Shown here: positions 19,089 to 28,428 of the stretch, one piece after another
How the letters are laid out: each line of letters starts with the position of its first letter
How positions within the stretch are numbered: the first letter of the stretch is position 1
Source of the DNA: Candidatus Omnitrophota bacterium
GTDB taxonomy: Bacteria; Omnitrophota; Gorgyraeia; Gygaellales; Profunditerraquicolaceae
Assembly (NCBI GenBank): GCA_026387335.1
Contig: JAPLLX010000003.1
Coordinates: 138,230 to 202,229, forward strand
Length of the DNA stretch: 64,000 nt
Reading direction: 5' to 3'
Made by a program: the position numbers and the translations under genes
The notes under the pieces: model-generated
The model's database searches: none
What the model saw: the letters and a program-made list of their open reading frames with translations, nothing else
What the model was told of the DNA's origin: nothing

Positions 19089-19165
19089 TAGGGACGGTTC
19101 TCAAGACAATCTTAAACTGTCCCCTAATCAGGGACACTTTTCCTTTGAGTTGAGAACCGTCCCTA
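19089..19165. other. nested perfect inverted-repeat hairpin element between aroK and spoVG
   Basis: tagggacggttctcaa (19089-19104) is the exact reverse complement of ttgagaaccgtcccta (19150-19165). An inner 6-bp hairpin tgtccc/gggaca lies at 19118-19136. Confidence 0.6.
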
Positions 19166-19168
19166 CTG

Positions 19169-19432
19169 TTATTCCTTATACGCTGTTAAAACCGCTGCGC
19201 TTAGTTGCTCCTTAAGCTCTTTAGTGGCAGGATAAACCGTGTTATACCACTTTCCGTCTTTACCCTGATGCCGCGGCATACTCACAAACAATCCCTTGCT
19301 GCCGTTAACCACGCTAAAACCCTTAACGATTACCCCCGCCAAAGATACATCGGCGAAGGCCTTGAGCTTGGATTCGCCGTCGACCCGGTAGATCCGGCTG
19401 ACCTGAATCGTATTATCATCCATAAGAATCAC
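19169..19432 (-). CDS. spoVG: septation protein SpoVG
   Basis: An 87-aa ORF. KAFADVSLAGVIVKGFSVVNGSKGLFVSMP follows the SpoVG pattern. Confidence 0.85.
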   Translation of the reverse strand: MILMDDNTIQVSRIYRVDGESKLKAFADVSLAGVIVKGFSVVNGSKGLFVSMPRHQGKDGKWYNTVYPATKELKEQLSAAVLTAYKE

Positions 19433-19493
19433 CCCCCTTCTATCTAAATAGACGTAAGGGGAATGATTTTCTAACGCTAAAATTATCTAAAGA

Positions 19494-19781
19494 TCAGTAG
19501 GCGCTTTCCAGGTATATTTCATAACGCTTTATATCCTTGGCTGTACTATCATATTTTAGGTCTTCCACGATTTTTTCAAAACCCTTGGTTGCCCCGGCGT
19601 TAAGCCCATTGATTAAAATAATAACATTGGCTATAGCGATATTCTTGACAAAAATAATCATCCTTAGGGCTATGGCGGCATAGCTTTTAACGGTCTTATT
19701 GCTGACCTCGCCTCTTATGATAATATCGCCTGTTTCTTTGGACCGCTCAAAGCTTATATTGTAGTATTCTAAATTAATCAT
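19494..19781 (-). CDS. hypothetical small protein
   Basis: A 95-aa ORF whose start overlaps the aroC stop. No recognisable motif. Confidence 0.35.
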   Translation of the reverse strand: MINLEYYNISFERSKETGDIIIRGEVSNKTVKSYAAIALRMIIFVKNIAIANVIILINGLNAGATKGFEKIVEDLKYDSTAKDIKRYEIYLESAY

Positions 19782-20821
19782 GCGGATATACGCTTAATAT
19801 AGCCTGAGTAAGCTTGTTTTATATCCTTTAAATTATCGCATCCGAATTTCTCCAGGAACGCCTCAGCCAATACAAACGCGCAGGCCCCCTCGGCCACAAC
19901 AGCGGCAGCCTCCACTACAGAAGTATCCGAACGTTCAGTAGCTGCTTTAGAAATATGCTTGGTATTTATATTGACCGAATCCAAAGGTTTCATTAAGGTG
20001 CATATGGGTTTCATGCAGGCGCGCAAAATTATATCCTCGCCGTTAGAAATCCCGCCTTCAACGCCTCCGGCATTATTTGTTTTACGGAAATACCCTTTTG
20101 CCTTAGAGTAAAAAATTTCATCATGCACTTCCGAGCCAAAACTGACCGCGTAGCCTAACCCTAGGCCAAACTCTACAGCCTTAATCCCGGGGATAGCTAT
20201 TATTGCCTGGGCTAATTTTCCATCTAGGCGCCTGTCCGGCTGGACATAGCTGCCTAAACCTGACGGAGCGCCTTTGATTACTACTTCCAATATTCCTCCG
20301 ATAGTATCCTTCTTCTTCATAGCTTCGCTTATCTTCGCTTTCATATTTACGGCAGTATATTCACCGCCTACAGATAAGACCCGGCTACTGATATTTACCT
20401 TAAATTCATTTAAAAAAATCTTGCATAATCCGCCTATCCCTACGGTCGCGGCTGTGCTCCGGGCTGAGGCCCGCTCCAACACTTCCCTTATATCCGTAAA
20501 ACCGTATTTTAAGAGCCCGGATAAATCCGCGTGTCCCGGCCGCGGACATAAAACCTTATGCAGATTATCAATACCGCAATCTTTGTTCTGGATAAGCAGC
20601 GTGATCGGGCTGCCCAGAGTAGTATTATTCTTTAACCCTGATAATAACTGAGCCCGGTCATTTTCAATCTGCATCCTTTTACCGCGGCCAAAACCGGATT
20701 GCCTGCGCTTTAACTCTTTATTGATCGACTCCAGGTTTACTTTAAGGCCTGCCGGCATACCCTCAAGGATAGCCACAATCGCCTTGCCATGTGATTCACC
20801 CGCGCTTAATTGACGTAACAT
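19778..20821 (-). CDS. aroC: chorismate synthase
   Basis: MLRQLSAGESHGKAIVAILEGMPAGL is the AroC N-terminus. Confidence 0.9.
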   Translation of the reverse strand: MLRQLSAGESHGKAIVAILEGMPAGLKVNLESINKELKRRQSGFGRGKRMQIENDRAQLLSGLKNNTTLGSPITLLIQNKDCGIDNLHKVLCPRPGHADLSGLLKYGFTDIREVLERASARSTAATVGIGGLCKIFLNEFKVNISSRVLSVGGEYTAVNMKAKISEAMKKKDTIGGILEVVIKGAPSGLGSYVQPDRRLDGKLAQAIIAIPGIKAVEFGLGLGYAVSFGSEVHDEIFYSKAKGYFRKTNNAGGVEGGISNGEDIILRACMKPICTLMKPLDSVNINTKHISKAATERSDTSVVEAAAVVAEGACAFVLAEAFLEKFGCDNLKDIKQAYSGYIKRISA

Positions 20822-20839
20822 AATTACCTCCCTTATATT

Positions 20840-21406
20840 TTATTTCCATAATCCGCGTTTATTCTGACGGGCCTGCTGGTATAACTTAAGAAATAAATCC
20901 GCGTATTTTACGTTCGGCGGATAAGTCATTAATGACGCGTAACCCTCTTCTACGATCTTAGCGTTTACGAATGTCCCGTCTTTTAAATAAACATACGCCA
21001 ACAGCCTTTTATACCGGTCGTATCTCTCTACATCAAATTCCAGGCTCACCCGTTTCCCCTCAACCAGGTTTTTGGTAAATTCATACGAGCGCCGGCCTAA
21101 TTTCTGGATCGTGGTCACATCCTGTTTGGTGCGTTGAGCGTCCCGGTAAAGCTTATTGGATTCATGGAGCTCCGGCGTATCAATACCGATGAGCCTGACC
21201 CTCTCCCCGCTTTCCAGAAGAAGGGTATCTCCGTCAACTGCCCGGGTCACCAGGACATCCGCGTAATTATAATTCCTGCCAAAAGGCATAACGAATTTCG
21301 CTTTTGAAGAATCAAAAGAGAGCTGCGAGTCTTCATTACAGCCGACCAAACTAAATAATATAACCAATCCGCTCAACAAATAAATTTTATTTTTGCTATG
21401 TTTCAT
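20840..21406 (-). CDS. thermonuclease (SNase-like) lipoprotein
   Basis: VTRAVDGDTLLLESGERVRLIGIDTPE is the SNase motif. The start is chosen at MKHSKNKIYLLSGLVILFSLVGC (lipobox LVGC). The track ORF extends to 21460. Confidence 0.7.
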   Translation of the reverse strand: MKHSKNKIYLLSGLVILFSLVGCNEDSQLSFDSSKAKFVMPFGRNYNYADVLVTRAVDGDTLLLESGERVRLIGIDTPELHESNKLYRDAQRTKQDVTTIQKLGRRSYEFTKNLVEGKRVSLEFDVERYDRYKRLLAYVYLKDGTFVNAKIVEEGYASLMTYPPNVKYADLFLKLYQQARQNKRGLWK

Positions 21407-21422
21407 TTTTTCTCCCCCTTTT

Positions 21423-21974
21423 TTAGAGGCTGCTTCCGATAATCCCGGCCAAGACCACAATATCTTCGGTGCAAAATATACCGGTTATACTGGAATCAAA
21501 ATACATATTCGCGTCAGGGCCGAACTCCGTATCAGCCTTCCAAAGCTTAACCAAGACCGGGACCCCGGCAAAAGCCTGAATAACAATCCCAAAATCTCCG
21601 CCGCCGGACTGCTCAGCCGGCAGCCTTTCTAACGCGGTTTTAATCGCTTCGGGGTTTTGGCCGTACTTTCTTATAATCGGCTCGATTGCCCGTTTACGGT
21701 AAGCGTCAAAATACCCTTCAACTCCGGAAAATTCCCTGAAGGTAAGCCAATTCCCGGTGACCCCGGGCAACCCTTTTATCTTTTGAACAAGATAATGCAG
21801 GATAAGAATGCTTGTAAAATCTTTCGCCTGGGTATTGCACGAAAGCGATAAGACCCTCTTGGCTTCTAAATCCAGGCTATATTCATCGGCTAAGAATTTA
21901 ACTGATAACTCCTTCGCCGGCTTTAACTTAGCTAAATCTTCCCAGGCCTTCTTAACGGCTACCTCATATCCCAC
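21423..21974 (-). CDS. hypothetical protein
   Basis: A 183-aa ORF divergent from the helicase gene. No confident family assignment. Confidence 0.4.
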   Translation of the reverse strand: MGYEVAVKKAWEDLAKLKPAKELSVKFLADEYSLDLEAKRVLSLSCNTQAKDFTSILILHYLVQKIKGLPGVTGNWLTFREFSGVEGYFDAYRKRAIEPIIRKYGQNPEAIKTALERLPAEQSGGGDFGIVIQAFAGVPVLVKLWKADTEFGPDANMYFDSSITGIFCTEDIVVLAGIIGSSL

Positions 21975-21996
21975 AAATTCATTTTACTATTTATTA

Positions 21997-22026
21997 TTAG
22001 ATAAATCAATGATTTTAGATTATAAT
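21997..22026 (+). promoter_or_regulatory. candidate promoter for a leaderless helicase transcript
   Basis: TATAAT lies at 22021-22026, 6 nt before the ATG at 22033. A weak -35-like ttagat sits 18 nt upstream. Confidence 0.3.
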
Positions 22027-22032
22027 ATTTGT

Positions 22033-23913
22033 ATGATCTACGACCGGTTCCAACAGGAAGCGATTGACCACATAAATAACGGCCATTCGGTAATCGTCTC
22101 CGCTCCGACCGGAGCGGGAAAGACCGCCATTGCCGAACATATCATAACCACATGCATTGAAAAGAATATAGGCGTAATCTACACCGCTCCTATCAAAGCC
22201 CTCTCTAACCAGAAGTTCCGCGATTTTCAGGCTCAATACGGAGATAAGATCGGGCTATTGACCGGGGACGTTTCCTTAAACGCTTCCGCTCCGATTTTAA
22301 TCATGACTACCGAGATCTTCCGCAATAAAATCCTGGATGAGCCCAAAAGCCTGGAACAATACTCCTGGATCATATTTGACGAAATTCATTATATTGATAA
22401 CCCCGAGCGCGGCACTGTCTGGGAAGAATCCCTGATTTTTCTGCCCCGGCATATGAATATTCTGGGGTTATCCGCGACTATCCCGAACATAAAACAATTC
22501 GCCTCCTGGATCGAATCAATCCATAATAAACCGGTCCAGACCGTAATTGAAGAAAAACGGCCCGTGCCTTTGCATTTCTTCTTTCAGGTCGGCAACGAAA
22601 TCAGCGATAAGCTTGACCACTTTAAAAGGATGCGTTTCCATAAACCTAATAAATTATTCGGCCTGATAAATTATCTGCGTTCCAAGGAAGGGCTGCCCTG
22701 TATATATTTTGTCTTCGGCCGGCGCCGGGCGGAAGAATTAGCGTCGGATCTAGCCTCTTCTAATTTCCTGAACGCGGAAGAAAAAACAAAAATCCTGCGG
22801 ATGTATAGCGAACTCTGCGAGCGTTTTGACTTAAAAGGCGACCGCACTGCCCAAAATTTATACCAGCTTGTGCAAAACGGCATCGCCTACCACCACGCCG
22901 GAATGCTCCCTACCTTAAAAGAAGTGATTGAAAGGCTCTTTACGAGCAGGCTCTTAAAAGTCATCTTTACCACTGAGACATTTGCCTTAGGGATAAATAT
23001 GCCCAGCCGCACGGTTATATTTGATGAACTGCGTAAATTCTACGGCCGTTACGTGCGGGCCTTAAAGACGCGGGATTTCTACCAGATGGCTGGACGCGCG
23101 GGCAGGCGGGGGATTGATACCGAAGGCTCGGTCTATTGCCGGATCAACCTGCAGAGGATCCGCCTGGAGGAAGTCAAACGCGTAATTTACGGTAAGCCCG
23201 AAGAAGTAAAAAGCCAGCTGAACACTTCTTACGCCACTATTCTTAATCTTTATGAAAAATATAAAGAAGATTTATTTAAGATCTACCCTCTTTCATTGCA
23301 TTTCTTCCAGTCGCGCAAAAACGAGCAAAAAGAGGCCCTCAGGCTTATCGAGGCTAAATTAAATTTATTGAAAGGCTTAAACTACATAGCTGACGGCGCT
23401 TTGACCGAAAAAGGACAATTCGCCAAAAATGTCTACGGTTATGAATTGATCTTAAGCGAGCTCTACGACCAGCATATCTTAGAGCAGTTGGATGAATTCG
23501 GTTTGGGAGTAATAGCGGTTTCCGCTGTATTTGAGCCGCGTAAAAACCAACGCCTCCCCTCTAACCTTTCTAAAAGTACCCGGCAGATCAAAAAGCTCTG
23601 CGAGGATATCTACGACGGGATCAAACATAAAGAAGAAAAATTGCGGATCTATCCTTTCAGCAAACTCCCCTATTTTCACATGAGTACCGCAATGGAGGCT
23701 TGGCTGCGCGGAACAAATTTTGATAAGACCTTGAGGTTCGGGGATACCGATGAAGGCGAAGTAGTGCGCTATTTCCGGATGAGTGTGCAGGTTCTACGCG
23801 AAATCAAAGACGCCAAAATTTCTTCTTATGTATTAAAAGATAAAATCAAAGAGACGATACGCGTAATTAACCGCGATGTAGTGGACGCGGAGAAACAACT
23901 TAGGGAAGGCTAA
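22033..23913 (+). CDS. Ski2/Mtr4/HelY-like DExH-box RNA helicase
   Basis: Motif I is APTGAGKT. Motif II is IIFDEIHYIDNPERGTVWEE, very close to the Mtr4 FDEVHY..ERGVVWEE. A C-terminal DSHCT-like region is present. The start is trimmed to MIYDRF. Confidence 0.75.
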   Translation: MIYDRFQQEAIDHINNGHSVIVSAPTGAGKTAIAEHIITTCIEKNIGVIYTAPIKALSNQKFRDFQAQYGDKIGLLTGDVSLNASAPILIMTTEIFRNKILDEPKSLEQYSWIIFDEIHYIDNPERGTVWEESLIFLPRHMNILGLSATIPNIKQFASWIESIHNKPVQTVIEEKRPVPLHFFFQVGNEISDKLDHFKRMRFHKPNKLFGLINYLRSKEGLPCIYFVFGRRRAEELASDLASSNFLNAEEKTKILRMYSELCERFDLKGDRTAQNLYQLVQNGIAYHHAGMLPTLKEVIERLFTSRLLKVIFTTETFALGINMPSRTVIFDELRKFYGRYVRALKTRDFYQMAGRAGRRGIDTEGSVYCRINLQRIRLEEVKRVIYGKPEEVKSQLNTSYATILNLYEKYKEDLFKIYPLSLHFFQSRKNEQKEALRLIEAKLNLLKGLNYIADGALTEKGQFAKNVYGYELILSELYDQHILEQLDEFGLGVIAVSAVFEPRKNQRLPSNLSKSTRQIKKLCEDIYDGIKHKEEKLRIYPFSKLPYFHMSTAMEAWLRGTNFDKTLRFGDTDEGEVVRYFRMSVQVLREIKDAKISSYVLKDKIKETIRVINRDVVDAEKQLREG

Positions 23914-24193
23914 ACTCTACTTTATCTCCTACCTGTAGCTTATACTTATCGCAAAATCCGGCATTCACTTCCAGCGCATAAAGGGCGGCAGCTAAAGGAG
24001 CCAGAGCCCGGTTTTCTTGATCATTAGGAGGCTCGGGCTGGAAATACTTTACCATGCCGACAATTTTTTTATGCGCATCCAGCCAGAGGATATCCAGGGG
24101 GAAATTCATATTTTTCATATAGAAAAACTGCCGTTCCAGCCGCTCAAAGATAAAAAGCATCCCTTGACCTTGGGCTAAACTCTTCCTGAACAT
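23900..24193 (-). CDS. DUF192 (COG1430) family protein
   Basis: GMLFIFERLERQFFYMKNMNFPLDILWLD...ALEVNAGF is the DUF192 signature. An in-frame upstream signal-peptide/lipobox segment extends to ~24340 without a canonical start codon. Confidence 0.55.
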   Translation of the reverse strand: MFRKSLAQGQGMLFIFERLERQFFYMKNMNFPLDILWLDAHKKIVGMVKYFQPEPPNDQENRALAPLAAALYALEVNAGFCDKYKLQVGDKVEFSLP

Positions 24194-24333
24194 TAAGCCC
24201 TTTTGTCTGTCGCTATCAGTATCTACGACTTCGGCGCTGATACATATATTCTTAAAGCAGACTTTTTTATTTTTGGAATTTGGCAGGCAACCCGAGGTAA
24301 AAATCAGGATAAGAACCAGCAGGAAAAGCTTAT

Positions 24334-25281
24334 TTAAGATGACTCTCCTCTTTCTTTATATTCCAGATAATCCCGAAGTATTTTTTTATGGTCAAAAGCC
24401 AGATCCAGCAAAACAGCTTCCTTAGGCTGAACTATTTTTAATGCCGCCGCGTCATCGCCGGCTTTGGGCTTACCTTTGGCGCAGGCAATAAAAATAGTCC
24501 CTATAGTGTGGAAGCGCGGGTCGCGCTTAGGGTCAGAGTAAATATGGAATTGTTTTACGCGAGTTATATCCAGTCCGGTCTCTTCTTTTGCTTCTCTGAC
24601 AACAGCGTCTTCCAGGCTCTCGCCATAATCCACGAATCCTCCCGGCAGGGCCCAACCAAAAGGAGGGTTGCTCCGCTGGATCAGGACTATACCGCCGTCT
24701 ATTTCAATTATGGCATCAACCGTAGGAAACGGACCATTCTGCAATTTATAAACAATATGCTCTAAGTATTTGATCACCCCTTGATCAAAGATAGTGTAAG
24801 CCTCCTGGTCGTAGAGGCTAAAAGATATTTCTTTAAGCTGGGAATCCTCTTCCCTTAAATAACGCCAAACTTCCTGGGCCATAATTTTAGCCGAAGCCAA
24901 TAAAGGAAACTTGCCCACTCCGCAGCCTAACGCCGGGAAGACGATAGACTTTACCCCTAACTCATCCGCTATCCTTAAAGAATTCCTGCAGGAATTCCGG
25001 ATCTTTATTTCATCGGTTTTAAAATCCGGGCCCATGACCGCGGCATGAATTATATATTTTGCCTTTAAGTCTCCGGCGGTAGTAAAAACTGCTTCGCCTA
25101 TATTTATCGGGCATTTTTTTAGCGCTTCTTCCTCAATAATTTTGCCGCCCTTGTTTTTTATAGCCGCGGCCACCCCCCCGCCCATAATTCCTTGATTATT
25201 TGCCGCGTTGACAATGGCCTCGGCTGCCAGCTCGGTAATATCCGCCTGAACAATTTTTATTTCGCACTTGTTGATTTTCAT
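24334..25281 (-). CDS. macro domain (ADP-ribose binding/processing) fused to NUDIX hydrolase
   Basis: The N-terminus ([18 protein letters not shown]...IHAAVMGP) is a macro domain. The C-terminal Nudix box is [24 protein letters not shown]. Confidence 0.7.
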   Translation of the reverse strand: MKINKCEIKIVQADITELAAEAIVNAANNQGIMGGGVAAAIKNKGGKIIEEEALKKCPINIGEAVFTTAGDLKAKYIIHAAVMGPDFKTDEIKIRNSCRNSLRIADELGVKSIVFPALGCGVGKFPLLASAKIMAQEVWRYLREEDSQLKEISFSLYDQEAYTIFDQGVIKYLEHIVYKLQNGPFPTVDAIIEIDGGIVLIQRSNPPFGWALPGGFVDYGESLEDAVVREAKEETGLDITRVKQFHIYSDPKRDPRFHTIGTIFIACAKGKPKAGDDAAALKIVQPKEAVLLDLAFDHKKILRDYLEYKERGESS

Positions 25282-25295
25282 GCTTAACCCTCTCG

Positions 25296-25991
25296 CTATA
25301 GCTTTTCCAGTATCAACTTCTTATTTTTCTGGTCAACCTTAAAGTTAAACCTCTTTAAGAACGACATCCCCAGCAACCCGTCGCCAAAACCGGACTTTCC
25401 TGTATCATCCAGTAAAACCGCTGCCTCCACGTTTCTGGCCTCCACCCCCTGGACCTCTACCCTGTCAATAAAGGCGCGCTTGGCTTTAATTTCGTGGCCG
25501 CCGACAACCTGGGCTTTCATATCCAGAGAGCTGCCGGTTAAATCAATCTTTAATTTATCCGCGATATTCTTAGTGATGATCATAACCGAAGCGCCGGTAT
25601 CTAAAACCATTTTGGCTTCCACTTTATTATTCAGGATGACCTTTACCGTGATACCCTGCTGGTCGGAAGAGAACTTTACGGAGCTGGGAGCGCCCTCTTC
25701 TTCAAGTTTTTGTTTAGCCGCTTTTTCCTCTGACTCAATTTTATTCTCCTGCCATTTACGGCGCAAAGCCAAAGAATTATCAGAAGAGCCTTTGACGATA
25801 TTTTCTATTTCGCTTTTAAGAAAACTTACCTGGCAAGCTTCGCCTACTTCCAATTCTACGGTTTTAGCGTTGTCGTTTTTTACAATGCCTACTACGCTGC
25901 GGCCGTTTTTAAGGTAGATGATATCGGCAGAGGAATACAGGGGAAAAACAAAGAAGATAAACAGACTGATGAGAACCTTCGGAATGACCAT
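25296..25991 (-). CDS. secreted retropepsin-like (clan AA) aspartic protease
   Basis: An N-terminal signal peptide is followed by [12 protein letters not shown], the D-T-G-A aspartyl protease motif. Confidence 0.6.
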   Translation of the reverse strand: MVIPKVLISLFIFFVFPLYSSADIIYLKNGRSVVGIVKNDNAKTVELEVGEACQVSFLKSEIENIVKGSSDNSLALRRKWQENKIESEEKAAKQKLEEEGAPSSVKFSSDQQGITVKVILNNKVEAKMVLDTGASVMIITKNIADKLKIDLTGSSLDMKAQVVGGHEIKAKRAFIDRVEVQGVEARNVEAAVLLDDTGKSGFGDGLLGMSFLKRFNFKVDQKNKKLILEKL

Positions 25992-27394
25992 TAGCCTCTT
26001 TTAAATTTAGCGGGTTTGGGGAAATTTTTAATTGCTTCCAGCGACTTCTTTAAGTCTTCTTCGGGGAGGTAATAATCGGATAATCCTCCGCTTAAGAATT
26101 TAGCGTAACCCGCTAAATCCATAAGGCCGTGCCCGCTGTAATTAAAAAGAATGACCTTCTTTTTCCCTTCCTTCTTGGCCTTAAGCGCTTCGTCAATCGC
26201 GCAGGCGATGGCGTGAGTCGTCTCCGGAGCAGGAAGAGTGCCTTCGGTTTTCAGCCAAAGCATGGCTGATGCGTAACATTTTAGCTGGTCATAAGCCCTA
26301 GGCTCGACCAGGCCATCCATAATTGCCTGGCTCACTAGCGGCGCCATACCGTGATAACGCAGGCCTCCGGCGTGAATCGGTTCGGGGATAAAGCCGTGGC
26401 CCAAGGTAAACATCGGAAGAAGCGGCGTCATCCCGGCGGTATCGCCGAAATCATAAGCAAAGGGCCCCCGCGTCAGCGTCGGACAGGCTGTGGGTTCAAC
26501 CGGTATGATCTTGATCTTGGCGCCGTGGATCTTATCGTATAAAAACGGAAAGGCCAGCCCCGCGAAATTACTTCCTCCGCCGACGCAACCGATAATGACA
26601 TCCGGTTTCTTAACTCCTACCATGGCCAATTGCTTCTTCGCTTCTAAACCGATTATAGTCTGGTGTAATAATACGTGATTCAACACGCTCCCTAAAGAAT
26701 AGCGGGTCGCGCCGCTTTTATCCGCAACAGCCTCTTCTATCGCCTCGCTTATAGCTATGCCTAAAGACCCCGGGGTATCCGGCATCTTGCTTAAAATTTC
26801 CCGGCCGGCGTTAGTTTCATTGCTGGGGCTGGCAACGCACTTGGCGTTCCAGACCTGCATCATAATTTTACGCAATGGCTTCTGGTCAAAGCTGATGCGC
26901 ACCATATACACCTTGCATTCCAGGCCTATTAAATTACAGGCAAAGGCTAAAGCGCAACCCCATTGCCCGGCCCCGGTCTCGGTGGTCAACTTCTTTATCC
27001 CGAATTTTTTATTATACCAGGCCTGAGCCACTGCGGTATTGGGCTTATGGCTTCCCGCCGGACTGACACTTTCATCTTTATAATAAATGCGCGCCGGCGT
27101 TTTTAAGTGCTGCTCCAGATACACTGCCCGCCGCAAAGGCGCTGGCCGCCAACGGTAAAGGATCTCTAAAATCTCCTCCGGAATATCTATCCAGCGTTTA
27201 GTAGACATCTCCTGCTCGATTAAGTTCTTCGGAAAGACCTTTTCCAGCATCTTAGGCTCTAAAGGGCTTCCATCGGGGCCTAGCGCTGGCAATAACGGAG
27301 TCGGTAAATCCGCGGCCAGGTTATACCATTTCTTAGGTATATCTTTCTCGTCTAACAATATCTTCTTACAAACCATATACTTATCTTTCCTCAC
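25991..27394 (-). CDS. trpB: tryptophan synthase beta chain, TrpB2-type
   Basis: A 467-aa [19 protein letters not shown] is the PLP-binding lysine context. The long N-terminal extension is typical of TrpB2. Confidence 0.8.
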   Translation of the reverse strand: MRKDKYMVCKKILLDEKDIPKKWYNLAADLPTPLLPALGPDGSPLEPKMLEKVFPKNLIEQEMSTKRWIDIPEEILEILYRWRPAPLRRAVYLEQHLKTPARIYYKDESVSPAGSHKPNTAVAQAWYNKKFGIKKLTTETGAGQWGCALAFACNLIGLECKVYMVRISFDQKPLRKIMMQVWNAKCVASPSNETNAGREILSKMPDTPGSLGIAISEAIEEAVADKSGATRYSLGSVLNHVLLHQTIIGLEAKKQLAMVGVKKPDVIIGCVGGGSNFAGLAFPFLYDKIHGAKIKIIPVEPTACPTLTRGPFAYDFGDTAGMTPLLPMFTLGHGFIPEPIHAGGLRYHGMAPLVSQAIMDGLVEPRAYDQLKCYASAMLWLKTEGTLPAPETTHAIACAIDEALKAKKEGKKKVILFNYSGHGLMDLAGYAKFLSGGLSDYYLPEEDLKKSLEAIKNFPKPAKFKRG

Positions 27395-27405
27395 GCTTAG
27401 AAAAA

Positions 27406-28392
27406 TTACATTATGATATCCAGGCGGAATTCACTATAGAAACCATTATCCAACGCGACCTTGCCTAAATTGTTCTCTTTGTATTTGATCGACCGGTCAA
27501 ATACGCTACCGCAAGCAAGAGAGGCTTTAATATTTTTATTTATCGCGCATCTTAAGCCCGCGCCTAAGCGTATTTCATTATAATTAAGCACTAAATTCTT
27601 AAGGTCGCCCTGTTTTACTTTGTATTCGTCGGAGAGATAGTCTCCCTGGGCAAAAACCGTCCACCTTTTGCTAAAATCGTAAGCGATTTCCGGGTTACTG
27701 GGCGTTATGTTAAAGGTAAGCCGGTCATTGGGCCTATAGATAAACCCTACGATCGGATCAAGCGCAGGCCGAAAACCCGGAGAGTATTCTACCCCGGCGA
27801 TAAGGGTCAATTTTTCATTGGGCTGATAAATCATAAAATAACGCTGGATAAGAGAGAACGTTGAAGAATTAAAATTCCAGTTATCTGAAAAAAATGAAGG
27901 CGCCAGGCCGATAGTAAGATAAGTCTTATCCAGGTTAAAAAACGGCAGCGTAGTCTCCATACCGAAAGAAGCCGCAGTCAGTTTCGCCGGAAGCTGAACG
28001 GCTGTAGAATTATGTATTCCTATATACTTGCTGATCACGGCGAATTGAATAGGTAATTGGTCAAAAGCCTTAATATTATAATTATATTCTGAAGCCGCGG
28101 TCACTAATCCGACTTTCCCTGACTGGCACTTGGCTCCTGTATTAGGCATGAAACGCACGTAACTATCCAGCTCCTGGCGAAAAAATTCTTCTTCCACCAC
28201 AATAGGCTTACCCAATTTCTGGCGGTAATCAAGAGCAGAGGGATCATCGGACTCCTGGGCTGCCTGAATTGCCTGTTCCTGCGCCCGCTCCCTGCCTTCA
28301 TCCGCATAAACATCCAATAAAAGCAGCGAAAAAATAAAAACGCCTAACAACAAGAATAATGCTCCCCGCTTTCCGGTTACTTTTATTAACAT
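27406..28392 (-). CDS. hypothetical secreted/outer-membrane protein
   Basis: A signal peptide is followed by beta-rich alternating hydrophobic segments. Confidence 0.4.
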   Translation of the reverse strand: MLIKVTGKRGALFLLLGVFIFSLLLLDVYADEGRERAQEQAIQAAQESDDPSALDYRQKLGKPIVVEEEFFRQELDSYVRFMPNTGAKCQSGKVGLVTAASEYNYNIKAFDQLPIQFAVISKYIGIHNSTAVQLPAKLTAASFGMETTLPFFNLDKTYLTIGLAPSFFSDNWNFNSSTFSLIQRYFMIYQPNEKLTLIAGVEYSPGFRPALDPIVGFIYRPNDRLTFNITPSNPEIAYDFSKRWTVFAQGDYLSDEYKVKQGDLKNLVLNYNEIRLGAGLRCAINKNIKASLACGSVFDRSIKYKENNLGKVALDNGFYSEFRLDIIM

Positions 28393-28428
28393 GGACTCTC
28401 CTTTGTTTTTTTAATTATAGCATAAATG

